A program made the translations under genes and the position numbers. From contig NEEC01000020.1 of NCBI GenBank assembly GCA_002189035.1, forward strand, positions 1,426,001-1,490,000: a stretch of DNA of 64,000 nt, in the 5' to 3' direction. Shown piece after piece: positions 27,081 through 38,281 of this stretch. This DNA comes from Utricularia gibba. Its lineage: Eukaryota; Plantae; Magnoliophyta. The notes beneath the pieces were generated by a model that worked only from the letters and a program-made list of their open reading frames with translations, did no database searches and was not told the DNA's origin. The stretch's first letter is position 1, and every line of letters starts with the position of its first letter.

Positions 27081-28342
27081 ATGAGTGTCGCGACGGCGTC
27101 TTATTTGGCTCGGCGAGCTGCGCAGAAGGAGAGAGTGAGGATTTTGTACCGGCGAGCTCTTAGGGATACTCTCAATTGGGCGGTTCATCGCCACCTCTTT
27201 TATCCTGATGTAAATTTCTGTTTCTTTTTGTTTTTTGGGTTACACGTTTTTTTCTTTTTTTCTGTTTGATTCGATGATCAGATCTGTTTAATCCATTTAC
27301 GAATAGTTTGGAATTTTCTACTGAATTAATGATTATAGCTCCTAATTTTCACTAGGCTTATAAGCCAAGGAGATTTTTAAGGCTCCCGTTTGCAGATTGG
27401 GGTCGTTTTGGGAGTTGACAATCGTAAATAGTTAATTGTTGTTTTTTAACCCTCTATTGCCCCAATTTCTTTTTCTCTTCCTGTACCTCATAGCATCTAG
27501 CCGTTGGTGTTATGTTATATAATGAAATCTTGCCTTGCGGAACGAACTACGGAGTTGCTCTTGTTTCTCACGATTCATCTGTTGTGGTTCAGGCAGATGC
27601 TCTGAGAGAAAAGTTCGATGCTAACAAAAATGTGGTTTGTTCTCAACTCTCACTTTGGTTTGCTTCCGTTTCCAGCTTAATTTGGATGCACTTCGAACTT
27701 TTTACTGGATTTCCATGCTTTGGTTTTCTACTGAAGAGTGTAATAGATGCTGATGAACTTGAACACTAAAGATGTCAAACATTGTTGCCAGGAGGATGTC
27801 GAATACATTGATAAACTGATTGCTGCTGGTGAAGCAAGCTACAATAAATGGAGGCATCCTGATCCATACATCGGTGAGTTGGTAACTGCCCATTTTGTTA
27901 TTGCACATTTTAAAGAAAATGGTTCGTAGGGGCTTACTACGCTTCCTCGTATGTGTTGATGAAAAAGTCAAATTCATGCATTAGAAACTCATGAATCTAC
28001 ATGGAGCGAAGTTGAAATTATGAGGTTCAGTCGTAGACGCTTTTCGTTTTCACATCCTCACTGCTGCTGTGAAAATGTTGGCATTTGCTTAGTATTTTCG
28101 CATTTGTGGATTTAATGTGATTTTGGAGAATCATGAGCACTTTGTTTCAACAGTCCCATGGGCACCCGGTGGCTCCAAGTTCTGTCGCAACCCAACACCG
28201 CCCCGGGGGTAATGCTCAGCTCTTCCCTTGTTTTGTTCCGAATAACCTTCTCTGTATTATGAATGCGGACGCTGATTCGAGGTGCTTTTGGTTACTGTAG
28301 ATTGAGATTGTATATGATTATGGCCGAGAGAGCAATGACTAA
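27081..28342 (+). CDS. NDUFB9: Mitochondrial Complex I B22 subunit (LYR family), 116 aa if one missing base is restored
   Basis: Exons 27081-27209, 27593-27634, 27792-27873, 28154-28208 and 28301-28342. Translation: RRAAQKERVRILYRRAL..WRHPDPYIVPWAPGGSKFCRNPTP..IEIVYDYGRE. Exon 4 is one base short. Confidence 0.9.
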
Positions 28343-29014
28343 CTTGGCATCCACCGAGGTACGTTGCGAAATGAGTTGCCTTCATCATCTGCCTCATGGA
28401 AGAGAACAGAAATGCAGTGACTTCATGACAAGAACATGTCGTTTTATTGTCTTGCCGCATGTTCAATAAACAAATTCGGGTTCCATGAACCAGTACCTGT
28501 CATCATGCATCCATATGCTTTATATTTTATGCACCCTCCCAAAGAGGCTCAGCAGGCATCATACTATTAACACCAAGTTAGAGAGATAACAACGTCCGAG
28601 GGCTGTAGTGACTGCCTGTTAGTTCAAGTGTGCAGTATCGTTCAGAGGGTAGGAGTGCTTTCGATGACCATTTTGTGAAAAGTATTCGGGCATGGGAGAG
28701 AGAGATCTCCCATTACCTGTTAAGCCATGGCTATGGGAACACGAGAGGAAAGCGTCAATGCTTGTGAGCAAACAACTATGGGGAATGGGGATGCGGTAAA
28801 CTTCACAACTCATTTCAGGCGTTCCTGGATCACTCTAAGAAACCTAAAGATGCGAAACAAAACCTATCCACTACAGGAAACGCAGCACGGAAGTGAATGT
28901 TTCACAGCAAGGGATTCCCCCTCTAGAATGATGGAAACAATTGGCGTCGATAAGAAGCACAAGCACCGAGCTGATTTAGAAATCTGCAACAGTCGTTTGC
29001 AATCGAAAGAAAAT

Positions 29015-29269
29015 CTAAACCAATTTGAAAGGCAATGGCCAAGGAGTGGACCTTGGAACCTCGACCTTATCCTTTATCCTCTCGATTTGCTTCTCCTTCT
29101 TCGGTCTAGAATTTCCGTAGGAGCCTTTGAATCTCTTGCCTTTCTTAGTCCTCTTGTCTCCGCGTCCGCAGACGACCGGCGAAGAAGAAGAAGAAGAAGC
29201 GAGAGGCAGCGACGGCATCAGTGATTCCATCCTCCAGACGGCAGCCACACAGCGTCGAACCGCTGCCAT
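29015..29269 (-). CDS. RPS31: 30S ribosomal protein S31 (bTHX), mitochondrial type, 84 aa, intronless
   Basis: It has the [25 protein letters not shown] motif, the C-terminal [14 protein letters not shown] and a short presequence-like N-terminus. Confidence 0.9.
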   Translation of the reverse strand: MAAVRRCVAAVWRMESLMPSLPLASSSSSSPVVCGRGDKRTKKGKRFKGSYGNSRPKKEKQIERIKDKVEVPRSTPWPLPFKLV

Positions 29270-29329
29270 TTTCAGCGTCTGAGATCCGATTTAGAGTGTT
29301 TGGGGAACGAATTTGCGTGCTCTCCCAAC

Positions 29330-29430
29330 CAAAACCCTATATTTATACTGGAATTCGAACCCATAACTAAAAAGTTTTTATAAATTGGAAGAATAGGCCT
29401 TGTGAGATTATAACTCTTGCCCAAGCCCAC
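29330..29430 (-). promoter_or_regulatory. Telo-box and site II motif upstream of the S31 gene
   Basis: AAACCCTA at 29332-29339 and AGCCCA at about 29425-29430. This pairing is typical of plant ribosomal protein promoters. Confidence 0.55.
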
Positions 29431-29499
29431 AGGGATATCATTACAAAAATTAACATACGGGAAAATTATATTTTTGGTGTATCAGGTTTACCAAAAGTT

Positions 29500-31100
29500 G
29501 TTCCTATAATGTTGACATCTAACGATAGTGATGCATCACATTGATAAATGATTTTGTCATTGAGAATCGAGTAGTTCTTCTCTAATCTAACTTGGTTGGC
29601 TTTTTACAAGATACATCATGCACAAGCTCGAATGGTGGTGGTGCTCATTGAAGTTCTATCTGCAACGGTTGAAATTGTATCTGATACGCATTAATTTTCC
29701 TTTCAAGTGAGAATAAAAGATGGATGAAGGCTTTTGAATCAACTACTAGTCTCTTGCAAGATTGTTGGACATATGAATATGGAATCCCAAAAATTTGCCA
29801 CTTTTTACATGTGCATGTACCATCCTTTATTCACACTAGGAAAATCTTTCCCTCTTGTCCTAGTTTATGCTGAGTTATCACCTAAATAACCATATTTTCT
29901 TGGTCATATATCTCCACACATGCATGTGGTATTGCCTGATTACAATGTTTATACAACTTGGATGAATTTTTGGCGAATTGCAGTCTTTAATGACGTTGTT
30001 GTAAGGCCTTAGATAATCAATTTATAAAATAATTCTTACGACATTAATACGTATATAAATGAGTTGCATCAATTGACACTACTGGCCGACACCATCTATA
30101 TGCTTGAATACAAGATCTAAATGTCCAAAATGTATAGTGTAATACATTTCCACTGTGATGGTTCCATTGGACTATAGTGCTGAGATTCTGAAGTGTGATC
30201 TTTTGCAAGAAAGAGAGGAGTTTTGGCACAGAATCCTAAACCATACCAGGCTCTATGATATGGAATAGTATATTCGTTGTCTCGTTGACTGCAGTTACAA
30301 TCGTGCTTACTTTAGTGTCAATATCTCTTTTCACGAACGGTCTCGCTATGTTGGCGATATACCAAACTCCAATATTCCGATTATCAAAATATCTTAAACC
30401 ATCCCGATTACAAGTGTGAGGTAATTCCACTACATTAACTTTCTATTGATCATGCCTTTTATAGTACGTACCACGAATTCTCCATCGACATCCTTGTTTT
30501 CTTCGCTATTTGTAATGTTAATCCAAAACATTAGGCTCTAAATCATTAACATATAATTCTTTACCGATTTTGATCGAGTAGTCCAACATTGCACTACGAA
30601 AAGCTTCTTTATTTTCAAAAAAATGACTTAAAGCAATTGGACATTCAATTTCATCCAATTCTGAAACATCATCCCCATCCTCTTCATCTTCATCAAAATC
30701 TAGATTGTATTCTGGATCACATTCTCTTTGATTACCAATATTAGGATCATAATGTGGATCAACCTTACATATATATCGGCATCAAGATCATTTGAAAAAA
30801 AATTTCTTGTTACATTTAAAAAAATAATAACATATAATAATAATAATTATTATTTACCTGAATTTGAATTGGATTCCACTCTAATTTTTTTTTCTCTTGT
30901 ATGATAATTTCCCATCTCATTGTAATCAATACCGATTGAGTAGTAATAAAATTTTGAAGCTCTATAGTTGTGTATCGTATACTCATCCTCTATGCCAAAC
31001 CATTCAGTATTTTGAAGATTTGTCATTTCCGAATCCATATTTTTCAAAATTATAAAAATCAATAGTAATCATACATTTGCATCTAGCTAAAAAAATTAAA
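29500..31100 (-). mobile_element. Degenerate Mutator-like (MuDRA-type) transposase remnant
   Basis: FWTFRSCIQAYRWCRPVVSIDATHLY (30044-30229) and a SWIM-like CTCKKWQIFGIP near 29780-29830, with many stops. TIRs were not confirmed. Confidence 0.7.
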
Positions 31101-31389
31101 AAAATGAACCACCCTCATATTCTGAATGTTGTGGGTTGAACTCATACGAAGTATTTTATGAGTTGTACCCATATGAAGAATTTTGTGGATTGAACTCATA
31201 AGGGTCGCTATTCGAGCCCGAAAAGTTTGACATCAGAAATTCAATTGTAATGTTTGTTACAATAACTTGTATGCACCATTCTTTTATAAATAAAATTGTA
31301 GATATTTTCATTTCTATATAACTAATTTTACACCATATAATTAAATATAAAAAATTATCTAGCTTTAAATTAAATCACATGATTTTTTT

Positions 31390-34300
31390 TGTAGTGGGCC
31401 TGCTCCCTGTGGATCATATAAACTGGCCCACGACTAGCTGGCCTCACCCCAAGAAGCCTACCACATAACGGCTACCGTTATGAACCCCTGAAGCTGAAGA
31501 AGATAAGGAGACTAACAGGAAGCACTAAGATTTTTCATTTTTTCACAGCAGAAATCAAAGGGCTACAAAGAGCCTTCTCTCTACAGACTGATCGGTGAAT
31601 GATCGAGCAAGGGGAGGGAATTTTCAGTCGCTGTTATCAGTCTTGTTTTGCTATGTTTAGGTTCTTGAACCTGTTTGGAACTGTGATTGTTCCTTGTACT
31701 TCTCAATCGGGATAGTGAAGCTGTTCAACCTGGTCTGGAGCACCCGAGGTTGTTCCCGAAAGGGTTTTCCTCGTTAAAAATCTTGGAGTCCTTGATAACA
31801 CCGTTTTTATTATGTTTTTATATATATTTTTAAGTGTGATGTGTAAGGTTAAATGTCGCTAAATGTGCTAAAATGTCTTCTTTTGTGTATTTAATCTTTT
31901 AGAATGTGTTTATTGTGAAAATAGGCTCAATTGGTAACAATTGAGCCAACAACTCTAATATTACGTCTAGTTTGTATTTTAAGTCTTATTAGGGTGAGAG
32001 CTAGTACTGTAGCAGTGCACTTTCTACGTTGACAAGTCAAAGGGGACCGAAAAGCTGTGCAAAAGCAACTTTCAGCCGAAAATAGCTGCCCTTCTGAAGA
32101 TATAAGATATGGAGCAGAGATATCCCTTCTAGAAGCCTGAAGAAAAGACCAAGCTGCCCTTACTTTTGAGCACCAAAATGAAAAAAAAGAAGGGAGAGAG
32201 AAAGAGAGTACACTGTGCACGCAGAGTGCACAGACAGCAAACAGGAGCGAGTGATAGCGAGGAGAACGTCGTTTCTCTGGCGAAAGTCTCCGGGTACCTC
32301 TAGATCTGCGTGTCTACACCACCGTTTTGGCCAGAACTTTGATTTCTAGCAGATCTCCAGCCCACATAAGCATCTTGCAACTTTTATTTGCACATTTTCT
32401 GCACTTTCATTTCTGCAAGAACCTGTTATCGTTACTGTTTTCGTTTCTATGCTTTTTGCTGCTTTTCGATACCTTGCTGTGAACGGGGAACTCGTTGTAG
32501 ACCTTGCCTTAGTTTATAAACATGTTTCTGTTTAAGCTTTTCACATTTTCTTTTAAGCTTGATATGCCATTTACTGTTCTTGCGCACGCATATTCTGTTT
32601 TCGCACACTCTTACTCTGTTTTTAAGCGTTTTTAAGCTGGGTTTAAGCCTATGGGCTCTCTTGAGTGACATAAGAGCCAGACCCTGGTGTAAAACTCAGC
32701 CAAGTTACTTTTATTTTATGTTTTCTGCACCTTAACTTTAATTTCAGTGCCCCTTTCAACCCTTCAACTCGTTTATTTCAGTTACTGTTATTTTAGATCC
32801 TACCCGCGTTAGAACTAAACCCCAGGAAACCCCCCCCCCTGTTTTCAGTAAATGCAATGAATTTCGAGAAATTACAACCACACTACATTAATTCCTGTGA
32901 TTTGTGTAGTAGAATAGTTAGGTTATAAATTTCTTTTGATGTGTTGAATGTGCTAGACTGCGACATTTAGCAACCCATTTCAAATGTTCATCAATCCTTC
33001 TTTATCTTTTCTTGCGGTCTAGTTACGCATTGAAGAAGCAAATTCATTAATGCGCCTGGGAGTGTTCTTATAGATTGTCTCGCATTGTTAATACCCTCAC
33101 AAATTGGTATCAGAGCTCGGCTTTGACATACTGGAATACAACACCTCCGTAATTCTTGCGTTGTATTGATGGAGGACTTCGTTGGAATGATTAAACTCAA
33201 CTCTCAGAATTATCTCTTTGGCGCACCAAGATGAAAGCTGTTCTTATCTGCAAGGATCTCTGGAATGCAGTAAATCTTGGAAAAGAAAAGCCAGAAAAGA
33301 TAAGTGAGAAAGATTGGAAAACACTGCACTTGAAGGCCTGTGCATATATGCAACTCTGTATTGAGAACGCATATCAGAAAAGATTTAGAGACTATGAGGA
33401 TGCAAAAGAACTTTGGAAGAAAATTGAGGACAGTTTTAGGCCATGCACTGCCCAGAATAAAATGTTGCTAGATCAAAAGCTTACAAGTCTCAAATACAAG
33501 GATGGGGAATCTATGATGGACCACATAAGTAAATTTGAAGATCTGGTGGATGAGATGACATCAATAGGAATGGACCTGGATGATGAAACCCAGGCCATCA
33601 AGCTGCTACGTTCTCTCCCTTCTAGCTGGGAAGTGTTAACAGTCACTCTGATGCACACTTCAGGGGGCTGTCTTACGACTCTGCAGTAAACTCGTTGCTG
33701 CACGAAGAATTGAGGCCACAAGATGAACTGGAGAGACACCTCATGGCCAGAACACCTTATGCATCTGCCGTTGGATCCATCATGTACCTAATGGTATGCA
33801 CCAGACCGGATATTGGTTTCTCAGCAAGCACTATGAGTAGGTTTTTGGCTGATCCTGGCAAAAGACATTGGGAAGGTGTGAAGTGGCTGCTGAGGTATCT
33901 GAAAGGCACAAAAGGGTACAAGTTATGCTATGGCTCGGACACAACAGCATCAAAAATATATATTGATGCAAACTTAGGAGGAGATCATGACACCAGAAAG
34001 TCCACCACTAGTCTGATCACTGTCATGGGAGGAGCTGTGAACTGGAGCTCTAAACTATAGGAAACGGTGGCATTGCCAAGCATTGAATCAGAATATATGG
34101 CACTTACAGAAGCCTTGAAGGAGGGACTCTGGATTGGGAGATTCTTATCGGAAATTGGCTTTCTAGAAGAGAAACCTGTGGTGTTTAGTGATAGCCAAAG
34201 TGCCATTCAACTCAGCAAGAATTCTACCTTTCATGCACGCACCAAACATATAGAAAAAAGATGGCATTGGATCAGGGAAGTGCTGGAAAGGAATGAAGTT

Positions 34301-34988
34301 GAGCTGCGAAAGATTGATATTGAAAGGGATATTGCTGATGCATTAACAAAACCACTGCCATCCTCAAAATTCATGCTCTGCACACAGGGCATGGGCCTTA
34401 AGAAGATATGATATTTCCTGAGGTGAGCTCAGCTGGAGGGGAGATTTGTAGTGGGCTGCTCCTTGTGGATCATATAAACTGGCCCACGACCAGCTGGCCT
34501 CACCCCAAGAAGCCCACCACATAACGGTTACCGTTATGAAACCCTGAAGTTGAAGAAGATAAGGAGACTAACAGGAAGCACCAAGATTCTCATTTTTTCA
34601 CAGCAGAAATCAAAAGTCTGCAAGGAGCCTTCTCTCTAGAGACTGATCGGTGAATGATCGAGCAAGGGAGGGAATTTTCAGTCGCTGTTATCAGTCTTGT
34701 TTTGCTATTACCCTGGAATGGGAATGGGGCAGACTGTGGGTTGCTGTGTTTAGGTTCTTGAACCTATTTGGAACTGTGATTGTTCCTTGTATTTCTCAAT
34801 CGTGATAGTGAAGCTGTTCAACCTGGTGTGGAGCACCCGAGGTTTTTCCCGAAAGGGTTTTCCTCGTTAAAAATCTTGGAGTCCTTCTTTATCTTTTCTT
34901 GCAGTCTGGTTACGCATTGAAGAAGCAAATTCATTTATGCGCCTAGGAGTGTTCTTACAGATTGTCTCACATTATTAATACCCTCACA
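31390..34988 (+). mobile_element. Ty1/copia LTR element, internally deleted and non-autonomous
   Basis: LTRs at 31390-33101 (interrupted) and 34447-34988, both TGTAG...CACA. TSD TTTTT; PBS TGGTATCAGAGC at 33105-33116; PPT at 34435-34446. gag (33169-33700) joins directly to the end of RT (PYASAVGSIMYLMVCTRPDI) and RNase H (to 34411). Confidence 0.93.
31793..32993 (-). mobile_element. Solo LTR (TGATAA...CATCA) nested in the copia 5' LTR
   Basis: Absent from the 3' LTR at the same position. TSD GTCCT/ATCCT; TG...CA termini. Orientation is inferred from the terminal motif. Confidence 0.8.
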
Positions 34989-36359
34989 TTTTTTGTTATA
35001 ATAATATATATTATATAATAGTATGATATAAATATCTACATATACTAATTTATTGTCATATAATGATAATATCTACATATACTAATTTATAGCTACATAA
35101 TAATAATATCTACTTATCATAAGTATTATATGTAGATGTTATATATCATATTATTGTATGATATATAGTATAAAAGCAAAAAATGATCTAATCTAATTTA
35201 TAATCACATATTTTTTATAATACATTATATACTATATTGTTATATATAAATTTCATATACAATGTTATAATATCTAGATTATTATATATTATTTTTATTG
35301 ATAATATTCATTATCTTTATATTCATAAATTTATACAAAATGATAAAATGAATATTGTTAACTTTATACAAAATGAATATTGATTAAAATTTAATTAATT
35401 TAAATTTTATAAAAATATACAATTGATCAGAAATTGAAATCGAACCCTTTATCTATAGGTTAAATAAAAATAATGCATACCAATTAAACTATGTGCATAA
35501 TATAATTTCAATGATGTAAATTATCACTAAATGACATATGTGTATACATGACAAAGCCGTGCGCATACCCGACAGCCGCATATATATTACAAAGTCATAT
35601 GGGCGTTGTTTTATGATATATACACACATAGCTTAATTGGTATATTTTATTTTTATTAAACATATGGATCAAGGGTTTAATTCCAATTCATGATCAATTA
35701 TATATTTTTATAAAATTTAAATTAATTAAAATTTTGAAAATTCAATTAATTTACATTAATTTTAATTTTTGTATTAATAAGAATATAAAATCAAAACATC
35801 AATTATATATATATATATATATCAATTTTTATTGTATTATATATGATATATCAAAATTTTATAGCATAATTTTTTTAATTATTACAAATATCATTTTTAT
35901 ATTGATAAATAAATAAAATACACTAATTTTATGTATCATAAATTAACAAAAATTTTAAAAAAAAAGAAGTATGGGTAAATATATCACACAATTACACATA
36001 GTGGGGTAGATTTCTAAATCTATTTTTTAATAGTGGGTATAATTCTAATAAACTTCCATATACATTGTGGGGTACAATTTGTGTTGCTTCACTATTCATA
36101 CCAAGTATCGATCGGTGATAAGTTCATAAAGGTCATCTTGTAGAGTTGAATTCATTTATGAAAAATGTAGAAGCATTGGAAGCTCAATAGAACAGGCAAA
36201 CCACAAAACAATTTTAACTATTACACAACAACAATAAGAAAAAGAGCAAATACACACTTTCATGTTTCTCAATGTTCTTATTTCTTCTTATTAGGTGGAT
36301 AAACCGAAGTAGCTAACTTGCTTCACATGTTTAAAAACATCTTCTTGTGAATTCGCACT

Positions 36360-38281
36360 TTAGGGGCGAGAAATGATGGCCGGAATTTTGGGATGTGGAG
36401 GAAGTGGAGGAAGTGGAGGAAGTGTGGGAAAAGGTGGAAGTAGAAGAGGTGGCTTGGGGAAGGGGTGACTGAAAAAGGGTAATGGCGGTGGAAGTGCATT
36501 TGGTAAGGGGTGTTTGAAAAAGGGAAATGCTGGAGGAATAAGCACTGGTGGCGTCTCAACTGGAGGTGTGTACACTGGTGGTGTTTCAACCACAGGAGGT
36601 GTAACTACTGGTGGGTTATGCACAGGAGGTTTTTCAATTGGTGGTTGGTATACTGGAGGCTTTTCAACGGGCGGCTTGTACACGGGAGGTTTGTATACAG
36701 GAGGCTTTTCAACAGGTGGTTTGTACACAGGCGGCTTGTACACTGGAGGTTTGTATACAGGAGGCTTTTCAACAGGTGGTTTGTACACAGGCGGTTTGTA
36801 CACAGGAGGCTTGTACACTGGAGGTTTGTAGATAGGAGGCTTTTCAACGGGTGGTTTATACACAGGTGGCTTGTACACTGGAGGTTTGTACACAGGAGGC
36901 TTGTACACTGGAGGTTTATACACAGGTGGCTTTTCAACAGGCGGTTTGTAAACAGGAGGCTTGTACACTGGAGGTTTATACACAGGTGGCTTTTCAACAG
37001 GCGGTTTGTACACAGGAGGCTTGTACACTGGAGGTTTGTACACAGGAGGCTTTTCAACGGGTGGTTTATACACAGGTGGCTTGTACACTGGAGGTTTGTA
37101 CACAGGAGGCTTGTACACTGGAGGTTTATACACAGGTGGCTTTTCAACAGGCGGTTTGTAAACAGGAGGCTTGTACACTGGAGGTTTATACACAGGAGGC
37201 TTGTATACTGGAGGTTTGTATACAGGAGGCTTTTCAACAGGCGGTTTGTACACTGGAGGCTTGTACACTGGAGGTTTATACACAGGTGGCTTTTCAACAG
37301 GTGGTTTGTAAACAGGAGGCTTGTACACTGGAGGTTTGTACACAGGAGGCTTTTCAACAGGTGGTTTGTACACAGGCGGCTTGTACACTGGAGGTTTGTA
37401 TACAGGAGGCTTTTCAACAGGTGGTTTGTACGCAGGAGGTGTTTCCACGGGTGGTGTGTACACACGGAGGTGTTTCCACGGGTGGTGTGTACACCGGAGG
37501 TGTTTCCACAGGTGGTGTGTAAACCGGAGGTGTTTCCACGGGTGGTGTGTACACCGGAGGTGTTTCCACAGGTGGTGTGTACACTGGAGGTTTAATCCAA
37601 GGATTGGGGGGAAAGATTGGAAATGGAGGGAAGTTGAAAAAAGTTTTGGAAGTGCATAAAGTAGTTGAGAATTTGATCTTCTTAGCAGGCCCAAAAGTAG
37701 ACTTCCCATCGACTAGGGACTTGAACACAATCTTAGCCGAGCTGAGGCTGTCCTCAATGGGGCACCCAGTGGTTGAGGGGCCGTGAACCTGTGCATAACA
37801 CTCGTGTTTCAGTTTCTTACCGCTCTCATCCACAACTTCTTTTGTTAGAGCAAAGTTGAAGCTCCCCTTCTCATTCAATTCACCTTCACCAACTCTTTGC
37901 ATCCCCTTGTTCCCGAGTTTGCACTCAATGCTCACACGGAGTCCTACATTACACAAGAAATGTGCATTTTGAGGTGAAAAAAAAACATGTATAAATTTAA
38001 GACCGAAACAATGTTTGCTAACCCCAAATCTACAGAAGAATATTTAGATCAAAACATTACTATTAACCCCTTTTTCGTATGGGAGTAGAATGCAGTAATA
38101 GTGAAAGGAGCATGCCACCTGCAAAAGCCTGAGTGGGCTTGATGTTATTCTCCTGGCAATCAGCACATTCCCCATACCCAGAAACCTCAAAGGATGAAGT
38201 CACCTCCCCTATGCAGAAAGCTGAGGAGGAAAGTACCAAAAACAAGCAAAATCCCCATCTAAGGGAATGAACCCTCCCCAT
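36360..38281 (-). CDS. Proline-rich cell-wall protein with signal peptide, Pollen Ole e 1-like domain (AtPRP2/PRP4 type) and [10 protein letters not shown] then [10 protein letters not shown] arrays; about 581 aa if a +1 frameshift is corrected
   Basis: Exon 1 at 38281-38119 and exon 2 at 37943-36360. Motifs [34 protein letters not shown] and KFSTTLC. There is one extra base near 37462. Confidence 0.85.
36620..37590. repeat. 15-nt coding tandem array (pentapeptide PPV-Y/E-K/T) with 60- and 90-nt higher-order units
   Basis: The units ggaggcttgtacact and ggcttttcaacaggt repeat throughout. PPVEK recurs mostly every 4 or 6 pentapeptides. Confidence 0.95.

Noticed and set aside
28560-28950. Possible snoRNA or structured RNA between NDUFB9 and S31
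   Set aside because: No convincing C/D or H/ACA box arrangement by eye; an Infernal/Rfam scan would be needed.
28727-29224. 165-aa plus-strand ORF overlapping the S31 gene
   Set aside because: It is antisense to a conserved gene and its 3' region, with no domain signal.
36510-37659. Long plus-strand and alternative-frame ORFs (GGLYT, WRFVH, CTLEV repeats)
   Set aside because: They are by-products of the stop-poor 15-nt repeat of the PRP gene.
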